IMG/VR virus record: IMGVR_UViG_3300045988_125590
Coordinates: 1-64,000 of that record
Length of the DNA: 64,000 nt
Origin: a virus
Direction: 5' to 3' (one strand)
In this document: positions 1-9,384 of the stretch, one piece after another
How the letters are laid out: each line of letters opens with the position of its first letter
How positions within the stretch are numbered: position 1 is the first letter of the stretch
The notes under the pieces: model-generated
Database searches by the model: none
Told to the model about the DNA's origin: nothing
What the model saw: the letters and a program-made list of their open reading frames with translations, nothing else
Position numbers and translations under genes: made by a program

Positions 1-241
1 TACCCCAAGGAGATACAATACCCTCTTCCTCTTCCTCTTCCTCTTCCTCTTCCTCGGGTTCGGGTTCGGGTTCGGGTTCGGGTTCGGGTTCGGGTTCGGG
101 TTCGGGTTCGGTTGCTGGAGGAACTTCTTCTGGTTCCTCGGGGATAGGTTCTTCCTTTTTTGGTTCAGGAATCTCTATCTCTTGCTTAGGAAATAAACTT
201 AAAATCCATTCCCACAGCCTTTGAAAAACATTCTTTTTCAT
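1..241 (-). CDS. Partial CDS (N-terminus in window): low-complexity protein with (NP)n repeat and poly-Glu tract
   Basis: Minus-strand ATG at 241-239. Reading toward the window edge gives MKKNVFQRLWEWILSLFPKQEIEIPEPKKEEP...TEPNPNPNPNP...EEEEEE. Open to position 1. Confidence 0.4.
   Translation of the reverse strand, partial: MKKNVFQRLWEWILSLFPKQEIEIPEPKKEEPIPEEPEEVPPATEPEPEPEPEPEPEPEPEPEEEEEEEEEEEGIVSPWG
22..113. repeat. Tandem hexamer repeats, (cctctt)x5 then (cgggtt)x~10
   Basis: Directly visible. Encodes the poly-E and (NP)n tracts of the partial minus-strand CDS. Confidence 0.9.
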
Positions 242-274
242 CTTATTCTACTTTAATCTTTATAAACTTAGAAG

Positions 275-350
275 GTTGAGAGGATTCGAACCTCTATAGA
301 GCCTTAACTCCAACCTAAACAGAGCACCTCCACTACTTCTATTTATCTTC
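275..350 (-). ncRNA. tRNA-like element: perfect T-arm (agagg-TTCGAAT-cctct) plus 3' acceptor strand, but no matching 5' acceptor/D-arm found by eye
   Basis: The plus-strand motif ggattcgaacctc is a minus-strand T-arm. Upstream sequence could not be folded into a cloverleaf by hand. Confidence 0.3.
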
Positions 351-500
351 TAATGGTAGCAAGAGAATATTCTACATTAACCTCAATAGAAATTGGACTA
401 GACCAGCTAGTTATTAAATTCAAAAAGTCATTCTATGAATAATATTATATTTTGAATTTTTGCTGCAAGTGCTCTTATTATGTAAATTATGGCAAAAACT

Positions 501-788
501 TCATTCTAAGATACCATATCCAAATCCTGATCTAGTTATTAAATACTTGCCTAAATTTTTCATTTTTTTACGCAATCTCGACATAGTAGTATCTACAGTT
601 CTTAAAGAAACTTTAGAATCCCATACATTATTAAGGATTTCCTGTCTGGAATGTATTTTGTTCTTGTTCTTTATAAGAAATTCAAGAAGATTAAATTCAT
701 TCCTTGTAAGATTGATTTCTTCTCCCTCTATAGTACATACCTTTATGTCTAAATTGAGATTTAGTTCTTTAAACACTAATTCATTCAT
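501..788 (-). CDS. Stand-alone OmpR/PhoB-type winged-helix DNA-binding protein (trans_reg_C-like)
   Basis: LTRNEFNLLEFLIKNKNKIHSRQEILNNVWD...RTVDTTMSRLRKKM...RSGFGYGI matches the effector-domain consensus (LT..E..LL..L.....V..R..L...VW.......RTVDVHI.RLRKK...I.TVRG.GY). Confidence 0.55.
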   Translation of the reverse strand: MNELVFKELNLNLDIKVCTIEGEEINLTRNEFNLLEFLIKNKNKIHSRQEILNNVWDSKVSLRTVDTTMSRLRKKMKNLGKYLITRSGFGYGILE

Positions 789-806
789 TACTTTTAATTT
801 TTATTG

Positions 807-880
807 TGCTCCCATCCAGATTCAAACTGGAAACCCACAGCTTAGAAGGCTGTTGCTCTATTCAATTGAGCTATGGGGGC
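807..880 (-). tRNA. tRNA-Arg (anticodon TCT)
   Basis: Hand-folded cloverleaf. Acceptor gccccca/tgggagc with one C-A mismatch; D-stem gctc/gagc; anticodon stem acagc/gctgt; loop cttctaa; T-arm tccag-tttgaat-ctgga. Confidence 0.7.
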
Positions 881-972
881 GGAAAGTCTACTCGATAGAG
901 TACATTTAATACCCATATCAAGTAGACTTGTAAAGATACTAATTCTTAGTTAATTTACAAAATTAACAAAGG

Positions 973-2781
973 TTAATCCTTCTTGACTTCTTCCTTGCCT
1001 ATGATAGCATTGAGAGTCTTCCTGAAAGGAAGAGACTTAAGAAGTTCAAATGCTGGATTAAGATTCTCAGCCATTGAAGCCATGAAATTACCAGCAGTGT
1101 TCTCGTTACCATAAACAGTAACCTCACCAAGATGGATATGCTCATAAACCTCAGCCTGAGCTTCGGCGATACCCTTAAGCTGATCAACAGTCTTGTACTG
1201 AACAATCATCTCTGGAGTCATACCTGTCTCAATCATCTTCTCAATCGCAAGTGCTGGAGCCATCTCGATAGCCTGAACCTTATCAGCCTCAGCCATCAAA
1301 GAGGCACGCTTACCTTCTGCCTCAGCAAGAAGTTTCTTCTTGTTACCTTCAGCCTCAGCTTCTGCCTTAGCTTGAATTGCCTGAGCCTCTGCCAAAGCTT
1401 TCTGCTTAATTGCTTCAGCCTCAGCCTGTGCCTCAACAATCTTCTTCTGCTTCTCAGCCTCAGCCTCAATAACTACAGCTTCCTTCTTCTTCTGAGCAGG
1501 AACAATAGATTCAGCGTTCAACTGTGCCTCTTTAGCTTCAGCATTCTTCTTAGCAATTGCTACTTCAGCTTCAGCCTTAGATACACCCTCAACGCGAACT
1601 GCCTCAGCCTGTGCCTTAGCAGCCTCAGCCTGTGCCTTAGAAACCTCGATAGTTGCTGTCTGCTCAGCTACGCCTGCCTGCTTATTAGCCTCAGCTGTAC
1701 GCTTACGCTTTTCAGCATCATACTCAGCTACCTTAGCTTCCTGCTCATTAGTAGCCTTTCTGGTTTCAGCTTCCTGCTGCTGTTCAGCCTTAGCCATACG
1801 AATATTCTTCTCAGCCTCCGCCTCTGCCTGTGCAGCAAGAGCATCTGCTTCAGACTTTGCTACAGAAGCAGCTGAACGAGCCTGTGCGGCAGCTGTAGCA
1901 GCTTCCTTATCGGCCTGCTGATTAGCAACCTCTGACTCCTTGGTCTTATCGGCCTCTGCAAGACTAATTGCCTTGTTCTTCTCGATCTCGGCAACCTTTA
2001 CTTCCTGCTCCTGCTTAGTCTGAGCCACCTGAGTAGCTTGATCCTTCTCTGCAGCAGCTACAGCAATTGCTTTCTCCTTCTTGGTTTCAGCAATCTGAAT
2101 ATCACCCTTCTTTTCCTCCTCAGCAATGTCTGCCTCAGCCTGTGCTTTTGCCTTGGTAGCTGCTTTCTTACCGAGATTCTTGATATAGTCAGCATCATCA
2201 GTAATATCAGCATTGTTAATGTTAATAATACTGAAACCTACCTTGTTCAATTCAGTCTCGATATTCTCCTTAGCATTACCAAGGAACTTGATTCGATCAG
2301 CATTGATTTCTTCAATGGTCATAGTAGCCATCAAAGCACGCGTTTCACCAATAAGAATATCGGTAATTTGAGCAGAAATTTCCTCGGGTTTAGCAGTCAG
2401 GAAACGACTTGCAGCATTTTGCATAAGTACATCAGTTGTACCAATTCCAGTAGTTAAGGTAACCGGAATTTTGACCTTAATCATCTGACTTGACACACCC
2501 GTTACCTCTGTCTGAATCTGAATTGGTTTCAGAGACATCTTCTTCCAATCCTGGATTACAGGGAATACAAAGGTACCTCCGCCATGAATGATCTTAGAAG
2601 GAAGGATTGTTGTCTCTTTCTTTCCAGTTGATGGATTAACTCCAACCTTCTTGCCAGCCTTACCAAAGACTACCAAGATTTCATCACTTGCACAACGGCG
2701 ATAACGTGACATGAGACCGATGAGGGTCAAGATTACAAGCACAACTATTGCGCCTGCAATAACTAAACTTTCTGTTAACAT
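973..2781 (-). CDS. Flotillin/SPFH (band-7) family membrane protein, YqiK-like
   Basis: N-terminal TM helix, SPFH domain, then a long Ala/Glu/Lys/Gln coiled-coil typical of bacterial flotillins. TAA stop. Confidence 0.75.
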   Translation of the reverse strand: MLTESLVIAGAIVVLVILTLIGLMSRYRRCASDEILVVFGKAGKKVGVNPSTGKKETTILPSKIIHGGGTFVFPVIQDWKKMSLKPIQIQTEVTGVSSQMIKVKIPVTLTTGIGTTDVLMQNAASRFLTAKPEEISAQITDILIGETRALMATMTIEEINADRIKFLGNAKENIETELNKVGFSIININNADITDDADYIKNLGKKAATKAKAQAEADIAEEEKKGDIQIAETKKEKAIAVAAAEKDQATQVAQTKQEQEVKVAEIEKNKAISLAEADKTKESEVANQQADKEAATAAAQARSAASVAKSEADALAAQAEAEAEKNIRMAKAEQQQEAETRKATNEQEAKVAEYDAEKRKRTAEANKQAGVAEQTATIEVSKAQAEAAKAQAEAVRVEGVSKAEAEVAIAKKNAEAKEAQLNAESIVPAQKKKEAVVIEAEAEKQKKIVEAQAEAEAIKQKALAEAQAIQAKAEAEAEGNKKKLLAEAEGKRASLMAEADKVQAIEMAPALAIEKMIETGMTPEMIVQYKTVDQLKGIAEAQAEVYEHIHLGEVTVYGNENTAGNFMASMAENLNPAFELLKSLPFRKTLNAIIGKEEVKKD

Positions 2782-2799
2782 TTATAAAATTTTTATTAA

Positions 2800-3321
2800 T
2801 TAAGAAATAAAATAAATTCCTGACTTATATGAGTCAATGTGAAGAATATCTCCACACCTTATTGTGTGATTCGCTGGCTTTGAAAGTCTACACCTATCCA
2901 GTGGAATGTATCCAGAGTCTGTTATACAGTTTCCGGAGTATTCCATTTCTGAAATCTGGACAGAAATTGCTACTTCCTTTCCAACTAAACTTTCTCCACT
3001 TTTGATTTGGGGTTCACTATTGAACTTTAAACATAGCCTATAGGCATAGTATAAAATCACAATAAATACAAAACCAATTACGGAAGCTATTGCTAGAGTA
3101 GTAAGGGTAACCTTTCCCGCTAGCATAAGCCATCCAGAGAAGCCCATTGCAAAATGAACTAATCCCTTGAAGGAGAGAACATCTCCAAGTCCAAAATCTG
3201 GTTCACCATCAAAATCGATGTCTAAATCTAAATCTCCCCAACCGAAGAAGTTGGAGAGAAGGAACTGGATAATGAAGATACCATAAGAGATGATTCCCAG
3301 AATGTAATACCACTCTATCAT
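2800..3321 (-). CDS. NfeD-like membrane protein (YqiJ-like partner of SPFH proteins)
   Basis: Multi-TM N-terminus plus C-terminal beta-rich OB-like segment, immediately upstream of the flotillin gene as in yqiJK operons. Confidence 0.55.
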   Translation of the reverse strand: MIEWYYILGIISYGIFIIQFLLSNFFGWGDLDLDIDFDGEPDFGLGDVLSFKGLVHFAMGFSGWLMLAGKVTLTTLAIASVIGFVFIVILYYAYRLCLKFNSEPQIKSGESLVGKEVAISVQISEMEYSGNCITDSGYIPLDRCRLSKPANHTIRCGDILHIDSYKSGIYFIS

Positions 3322-3434
3322 GATCTTCTTCTAATTCTTAAATATCATCACGAACAAACGCGATTACAATAATTAATACTATTAGTGAAACAATCATCCC
3401 ACCCATTTCCAATCACAGTTTGTGCCATACTTTG

Positions 3435-4667
3435 TTAAATCTTTAAGCTGTTAAACAATTCTTCCTCCATCCAAACGTCGGCTCCAATAGGATCTCCGTT
3501 TTCACGTTGATTTACACTAAGTGCCCAAAGCTTCTTTATACCGAGGCAAAGTTCTTTTGCCAAATCAGAAGGATAGCAATTATTCATAATCCTAGCTAGA
3601 TTAACACGACTCCCCGGCACATAGTACTCCTCGGCATATCTTAAGATGCCATTGAATATGTAAAGCCATAGGAGGATCTTTTTAAAGCTATAGGTTGGAC
3701 GAAGAAATCTGAACTCAATGGTTTTATTTACCTGATAGCAAAGAGCATTAATGAAGTTACACCAATAATAACGGGTTGGTATATTCCACTTTCTTTTTCG
3801 TTCCCTATCATCAGGATGAGCTTGGGTAAAACTTCCGAAGAATTGCCTTCCTACTAAATGCGAGTACATATCTTCAAAACTACCATACAAAGCAAGCTTT
3901 TTACAATAGTCTTTACCATTATCCTTATATCTAGCACTATTGAAAGTCAAAGCAGGAAGTATATTTTCTAACTCAGGTTCAATAGTTTTACATACAAGAT
4001 AAAGATTGTAGATAGTATCAGGCTTAAGAGGGTAGCCTCCTAGATGAACATGTAGAGAGCATTCCTTATTAAAGTTAGTATACTCTTTGAGCGTCTCTAC
4101 TTGCTGATGAAGAAGAGAAAGTCCTTCTCCTCCCTTCAATACAACGGTAGAATACTCTGGTCCGGTAATGGATCCATCCCTTAATGGGATTAATCCATCT
4201 CGATAACATACGTCCTCAGGCACATATCCTTGAGATGTTTCGAACTCCAGTCCAAAAGTGTACTTTAAATATTTTGCTAAGGGATACAAAGTTTCCCGGT
4301 CTTTAATTTCTTGCTTTCCCTTAAAAGCATCGAAATTCTCTACAGCTTCATATCTTCTAGTAAGGATGTAGGGAAAACCTCCAAGACCCTTTATGAGTTG
4401 TTCTGCGAGTATAAAATCCTCATCGTGATTGATAGGAGAAAAGTATATTCCATTTCTCCTACTATACAAGAGTTTCCCCTTATATAGATTTAAATCCGTT
4501 TCAAAATAGTTATTAAATCCATTAGAAGTAGTTATAAGGACTCTAACAACTCTATCAGGTTTACTAGTATATCCGAAGATAACTTGTTCCGGAAGTTGTT
4601 GGATGACAATCCTCGCACAATTTCGAGAGCTCACCCATCTTTTAGTTATTTCATCAAAGACTTGCAT
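3435..4667 (-). CDS. Putative amidoligase, glutamine-synthetase-like fold (Amidoligase_2 / GCS2-like)
   Basis: Motifs TFGLEFETS (G.E.E), SLHVHLG (H.H) and IEFRF (E.R) in the order expected for GS-like carboxylate-amine ligases. Confidence 0.5.
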   Translation of the reverse strand: MQVFDEITKRWVSSRNCARIVIQQLPEQVIFGYTSKPDRVVRVLITTSNGFNNYFETDLNLYKGKLLYSRRNGIYFSPINHDEDFILAEQLIKGLGGFPYILTRRYEAVENFDAFKGKQEIKDRETLYPLAKYLKYTFGLEFETSQGYVPEDVCYRDGLIPLRDGSITGPEYSTVVLKGGEGLSLLHQQVETLKEYTNFNKECSLHVHLGGYPLKPDTIYNLYLVCKTIEPELENILPALTFNSARYKDNGKDYCKKLALYGSFEDMYSHLVGRQFFGSFTQAHPDDRERKRKWNIPTRYYWCNFINALCYQVNKTIEFRFLRPTYSFKKILLWLYIFNGILRYAEEYYVPGSRVNLARIMNNCYPSDLAKELCLGIKKLWALSVNQRENGDPIGADVWMEEELFNSLKI

Positions 4668-5992
4668 TCTTCTTTAATTGTTTTGAAATTAACATCCAAT
4701 TTAGCTCCCTCTAGAGATATAAATGCCTCATCAGAACGCCTACCATATTTAGTAGTTCTTCTGCTTCCAGCAAAAAATTCTGTAGAAGAAGTTGATGTAA
4801 TCATGTTCAGTATTCCTGTAAATGGAATCCTCTTGGTTGGAGAGGTAGCTCTGTACCATACATCCTTCTCATGATATACACCATCAACACTTAAGTACCT
4901 TATAAGGTTCTTAAATTTCTTATTAAACTCTTTATCTTCGAGCTTACTGTCCTTCTTAAGGACTGTAAGAAATCGAAAGCATGCAACATTCTTAAGAGCA
5001 ACTCCATCCCAAAAGAATATCTCTTTATATGTTGCCTTTTTAGGAGCTTCATCCAGCATCATTCCATACTTATTGAGTAGCACTCGTCCTTGAAGCTTTT
5101 TGCCCTTTCCATGATAAGTATTATCTACTTGATTAGTTGAAATGAAATCGTCATAAAGACTGCCATCACTTTCCTCCAGCCCAAATTCTCCCCAATATTT
5201 TCTATCATATTTAGATGGAGTTACATATATGGTTTCCTTCCTTTGGTAAGCATTAGCTCTAGAAACTTCCTCGACAGCAATTAGGTCTCTACCATTAAAC
5301 TCATAGAGACAATTTGGATTTAAAATCCAGGTTGTGAGCTTATGTCTAAGGGACATCAAATAGGAAGCGATAGAAGAGAAGATTAACTCCCCCTTTACAG
5401 GATCAACACAGAAGTACAATGGGCGTTCATCAGTTTCCTTCTTGTCCCACTTGTCTTTCTTAGAGGCTCCTTTAAAGAGCAACACCTTTGGTTTTCCACC
5501 ACGGTAATCTGCAATTGCAAACACTGCGCCACCATTGTACTCACTAAGTGCTTTGTATCCAGAACGATAGAAAATTCTAGCCATTACTTGAGAATCAGTC
5601 ATACCAGTAATGTCAATGTCTGGTATATATTTATTAGCTAATTCCTCATAATTATAGATAGTTCCATTATGCATAAGAACGTATTCTACCTTTCCATTAG
5701 CATCAGTAAGTACCACTGGCTGAGCGGTCGTCTCGTCAATGATTCCGACAGATGCTTTTCTACAATGACCAAAAGCTACCGAACTCATTTTAAGTTCATT
5801 AAGGAACTTATTGTCTTGGAAAAAGCACTGAAACCACTTATCATTTCCTTTCGCTCCATACTCGTAGTGTCCATCAATAAAATATCCACAAGAGTCACCT
5901 CCTCTACTGTCATTAGCGATACCTAATGTACAGAAAGTTGGAAAGTCAAAAGACCGTGTGCTCTTTGTAACAATACCAAATATTCCACACAT
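4646..5992 (-). CDS. Class-II (Ntn) glutamine amidotransferase domain protein
   Basis: N-terminus MCGIFGIV with Cys2 nucleophile, typical of GATase-2 (PurF/GlmS/AsnB-type). C-terminal ~250 aa uncharacterised; no PP-loop seen. Confidence 0.65.
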   Translation of the reverse strand: MCGIFGIVTKSTRSFDFPTFCTLGIANDSRGGDSCGYFIDGHYEYGAKGNDKWFQCFFQDNKFLNELKMSSVAFGHCRKASVGIIDETTAQPVVLTDANGKVEYVLMHNGTIYNYEELANKYIPDIDITGMTDSQVMARIFYRSGYKALSEYNGGAVFAIADYRGGKPKVLLFKGASKKDKWDKKETDERPLYFCVDPVKGELIFSSIASYLMSLRHKLTTWILNPNCLYEFNGRDLIAVEEVSRANAYQRKETIYVTPSKYDRKYWGEFGLEESDGSLYDDFISTNQVDNTYHGKGKKLQGRVLLNKYGMMLDEAPKKATYKEIFFWDGVALKNVACFRFLTVLKKDSKLEDKEFNKKFKNLIRYLSVDGVYHEKDVWYRATSPTKRIPFTGILNMITSTSSTEFFAGSRRTTKYGRRSDEAFISLEGAKLDVNFKTIKEECKSLMK

Positions 5993-5994
5993 AA

Positions 5995-6786
5995 TTATGC
6001 TAAATTATAATGAGTTATTAACTGTTCAGCTAATTCAACATCACTGTTATTAATGGTTTTCTGAACTAAATCTCTACTTGGAAGACTATAGTTAATCTGA
6101 CAAGCTTTTAAAGCTTTTTGTAATTGCCTCCAGACGAAAGATAACTTAGATGAAGAACTCATCATGGTACTACTGAGAACTCGATACTCAACACCGTAAT
6201 CAGTCAGACGGAAGCATCCAGCTTTACCATAAAGAGAGCGACGCTTCTTATCTTTATCTTTAACAACAGAAGGAATACCTAAAAAGGCATCCATGTACCT
6301 TACAAGAGCAAGACTAGTATCTACATCAGGATTTTCATATCCCACATGAATGTGGAAACCAGCAGAGCGAAGATTAGTTGATGTACCCTCAGGTTTAGGG
6401 TTTGCTTTCATTGTATAAGCATTATAATCAACATCACATCCAAAAAGCTTAGCTTGATCACTCTGTAATTCAGATGTAGGTACAGTCTGAGAGGCTATGC
6501 ATTTGATACCAAGATTAGGATTTTTACTCTTAACAAACTTGTCTATATATTCTTGCATATAAACAATATTGGTAACAAAGTTTATCCCATCCTTAACAGG
6601 AGGAATGTTAAACTCTGCAAGAATATTATCAGTTTCAAGACCGAAGCCCTCAGGCATATCGTCAGCTCTCCATGGATTGCCTTTTTCACCAGGAATTAAT
6701 CCAACAGCAGACACCACCTTCTTTGTCTTCTCATTGATAATAAACAGTTCAGGGTCTGCACCAATAGTTACATTACGCAATTTCAT
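5995..6786 (-). CDS. Second, smaller amidoligase-like protein (GS-like fold)
   Basis: GADPELF / GFGLETD (G.E.E-type), FHIHVG (H.H) and VEYRV (E.R) motifs. Confidence 0.45.
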   Translation of the reverse strand: MKLRNVTIGADPELFIINEKTKKVVSAVGLIPGEKGNPWRADDMPEGFGLETDNILAEFNIPPVKDGINFVTNIVYMQEYIDKFVKSKNPNLGIKCIASQTVPTSELQSDQAKLFGCDVDYNAYTMKANPKPEGTSTNLRSAGFHIHVGYENPDVDTSLALVRYMDAFLGIPSVVKDKDKKRRSLYGKAGCFRLTDYGVEYRVLSSTMMSSSSKLSFVWRQLQKALKACQINYSLPSRDLVQKTINNSDVELAEQLITHYNLA

Positions 6787-7402
6787 TTACGAGATCTTTT
6801 ACAAGGTTATTAATCATTTTAGCAACAGGAGAATCAGGGATCATTTCGGGATGACCTTGCACTGCAAGGCACTTAGGTAATCCATTCTTGTGATATAAAA
6901 CGATTTCTGGTTCTCTTCCGAAAACAGCGTTAGGATCTATACCATCTCCTTCGTAATAGTCACTCTCTACTTCGTAAGATGTAAATAGGATATCATAATC
7001 ATCTTCACTAAGATCAAATGGATATTGCATCTGATGGTGGGTGGAAGTTATTTGATAAACCTTATCCCTATTAGTTATTCCGTGAGTGAATCCATTAGCA
7101 TGACTCGTTACATTTTGAATAAGCTTGCCACCATTCATCACACATAGAAATTGAGACCCACGGCAAATTCCTAGACAAACCTGTTTCTTCGGATCTACCT
7201 TATTAAAGATAGCTTGTTCTGCCTGGTCTCTTCTAAGGTTGGAATAGGTAGTTCTATGCTTCTTGCATCCATAAAGAGAAGGTGTGACATCTTCTCCGCC
7301 GGTAAACACCACTAATTGTGCATCCTCAAGTTTATCAACAAGTTGCACATTTTCAATGAAGTTGACGTAGTTATCAGCTCCACCTACAACATAAATCTTC
7401 AT
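6773..7402 (-). CDS. Class-I glutamine amidotransferase-like / gamma-glutamyl hydrolase (peptidase C26) family protein
   Basis: Catalytic Cys motif GICRGSQ and His-Glu motif AVQGHPE, characteristic of the GATase1 triad. Confidence 0.65.
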   Translation of the reverse strand: MKIYVVGGADNYVNFIENVQLVDKLEDAQLVVFTGGEDVTPSLYGCKKHRTTYSNLRRDQAEQAIFNKVDPKKQVCLGICRGSQFLCVMNGGKLIQNVTSHANGFTHGITNRDKVYQITSTHHQMQYPFDLSEDDYDILFTSYEVESDYYEGDGIDPNAVFGREPEIVLYHKNGLPKCLAVQGHPEMIPDSPVAKMINNLVKDLVNEIA

Positions 7403-8160
7403 TTCTTCTTTATTATTTCTTTATAAACATTCATATAAATTGGCTTCCTTCGTCTTTCAAAGATGTCGTCGCTTTCCCAAAATTCAAAATCAGAAGTGGT
7501 AAGATCCCCATCTCCGTCAGGAATTTGGTTATTTTTGACTTTGTTCTTCAACTTACCATAAATTTTGTTTAGCGTTTCGATATTATGGAGTTTCTCCCTA
7601 ATATCTCTCTTTAACATAGTCTTGCTAACTTGGTTCCTAGCTATTTGATGAATATTTCCGGGATCTTCGTTGAAACAGCCTAGCACAAGATTAAACAAGT
7701 CAGACATAGAGGTGAACCTAAAGCAGGGGTCCTTTTTTAACTTATAAGCATCATATAAGATAACATTATAAGGGTACTCATACATATATCTTAGCCAAGT
7801 TAAAAGATATTTATGAAATGTACCAGGAACATTAGTGAGTTTTAAGTGAACTTTAAATACATTATAGTTATCTCTCCAATTAGAAACTTCTGTAATGTAG
7901 AAATCAAATGGATAAATACCTTGAGCTTGTCTAAGATGATTTCTTATCTGTTTCTTTGTAAAGAGACACGAATTTGAACTATGCTTCTCTCTAGAAAAAT
8001 CAGTTCCCTTATAAAGGATAACTTCATATTCTTCACTCACATTTTTCTCACTAGTGCGTCTAAATACGAAGGAGAAACATGCTTCCGCATCCATCTCTTT
8101 TTCAAAGGCGCCCTTACATGAATATTCTGTATGGTAATCTAAAAATTGAAAATCTTTCAT
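7399..8160 (-). CDS. Hypothetical protein
   Basis: 253-aa ORF, 4-bp start/stop overlap with neighbours. No motif recognised. Confidence 0.45.
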   Translation of the reverse strand: MKDFQFLDYHTEYSCKGAFEKEMDAEACFSFVFRRTSEKNVSEEYEVILYKGTDFSREKHSSNSCLFTKKQIRNHLRQAQGIYPFDFYITEVSNWRDNYNVFKVHLKLTNVPGTFHKYLLTWLRYMYEYPYNVILYDAYKLKKDPCFRFTSMSDLFNLVLGCFNEDPGNIHQIARNQVSKTMLKRDIREKLHNIETLNKIYGKLKNKVKNNQIPDGDGDLTTSDFEFWESDDIFERRRKPIYMNVYKEIIKKK

Positions 8161-8223
8161 TAAAGAAAAAAAAAATAGAGACTCCTACTATTGTTCGGAG
8201 CCTCTTAGGGTTATGAGGGTGGA

Positions 8224-9258
8224 TTAGTCCTCGATGTCTTCCTCTTTTTCCTTCTCAGGAGCAGCCTGAGCAGTACCAAACATGTTACCAAAAGGATTGT
8301 TGCCTCCCATCATGCTCATCAAAAGCATGTCCTTGATAGACACATTATCCTTACCAGCAAGCAATGCAAACATCATAGGATTGCCAGCTATAGCACCTCC
8401 CTGCTGATTCATCATCATGAGAGGGAGCAACGAAGTCAATGAGTTATCATCCTTACCATCCTTAGCAAGTGCCATAAGCATCATAGGGTTCATCTGGCCT
8501 CCCATGTTACCAGTAAGAGATACCACTACGCGGACCATAGTCTGGTTGAACAGGAAGTCCTTGATGGTACGAATCAGCTTACCAGCACCTGTATAGCTGA
8601 TGGCGTTGATCTTCTCACCCTTGATAGAGGTAACTTTGGCATAGCTACGGTCAAGAGCAATGATATCACCTACTACAAGGTTCTCCTTAGGCTTGCTTAT
8701 GATGAACACAGGCAGTGGAAGAGTGAGTTCCTCTGGATAAGCAGTCAGGTGATTCTGAGCGTCAATTGCTACATAACCCTGATTGGTTGCAACACAGATG
8801 TTACCATCCCCAGAGACACGAACATCCTTAGCCCTTGTAGGCATATAGGTCTCTTCCAAGCGATCAGAGAAACCTGCAATAGTGTTCTTGGTAACACCCT
8901 CTACAGAAGAGTTTACAAGAGGTTTCTTTCCGCCAAATGGATAATCTACCTGTACAATACCAACGATGTTGCTCTTCCTAGCATAGCCGTAGTCACCACC
9001 TGTCTCAAGGACATAGATGTGATTGCCTTTGCTGCTGAGAATGTGTGCACCTTCCTCTACTGAGTAGAGTTCAGTACCTTCCTTTGCAAAGCAAGTCATG
9101 AACTTACCATTCTCTTCTGCGAAGTTAGCCACCTGCTCCAAAGTTGTTGGAACGAAATTAGGGTTTGAAGTGTACAAAATTGATTTGATCATTTTGTGTA
9201 AAAAATTTAAAAAGTTATTAATGTGCCTTTCGGCGTTATATACAAAAATAGCTGACAC
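8224..9258 (-). CDS. Hypothetical protein with Met/Gly/Asn-rich C-terminal low-complexity domain
   Basis: 344-aa ORF. C-terminus GQMNPMMLMALAKDG...LLPLMMMNQQGG...MLLMSMMGGNNPFGNMFG, then acidic tail. Confidence 0.45.
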   Translation of the reverse strand: MSAIFVYNAERHINNFLNFLHKMIKSILYTSNPNFVPTTLEQVANFAEENGKFMTCFAKEGTELYSVEEGAHILSSKGNHIYVLETGGDYGYARKSNIVGIVQVDYPFGGKKPLVNSSVEGVTKNTIAGFSDRLEETYMPTRAKDVRVSGDGNICVATNQGYVAIDAQNHLTAYPEELTLPLPVFIISKPKENLVVGDIIALDRSYAKVTSIKGEKINAISYTGAGKLIRTIKDFLFNQTMVRVVVSLTGNMGGQMNPMMLMALAKDGKDDNSLTSLLPLMMMNQQGGAIAGNPMMFALLAGKDNVSIKDMLLMSMMGGNNPFGNMFGTAQAAPEKEKEEDIED

Positions 9259-9282
9259 TATTACTAGTGCCAGCTTTAGAGG

Positions 9283-9375
9283 AGGGTGTGAGATTCGAAC
9301 TCACGGAACGCTCGTCACGTTCTCCGGTTTTCCAAGTAGTATATACTACTCCGACTATGTCTTAACCATGCGATT
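9283..9375 (-). ncRNA. tRNA-like element (T-arm gtgag-TTCGAAT-ctcac, long variable-arm-like hairpin, 3' acceptor) without identifiable 5' half
   Basis: gagattcgaactcac on the plus strand. 5' acceptor complement ggagggt not found nearby; a near match gggaggt lies ~200 nt upstream inside the conserved leader. Confidence 0.3.
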
Positions 9376-9384
9376 TCTCGTTTA

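Noticed and set aside
22-113. Possible CRISPR-like array from the hexamer repeats at the window start
   Set aside because: Units are 6 bp with no spacers, and they lie inside an open reading frame where they encode poly-Glu and (Asn-Pro)n. This is a coding microsatellite, not a CRISPR array.
460-2457. Plus-strand ORFs 460..909, 1132..1875 and 2038..2457
   Set aside because: All are antisense to the OmpR-like gene, tRNA-Arg or the flotillin gene. Their translations are Leu/Ser/Cys-rich low complexity, typical of the reverse frame of an Ala/Glu/Lys-rich coiled-coil gene.
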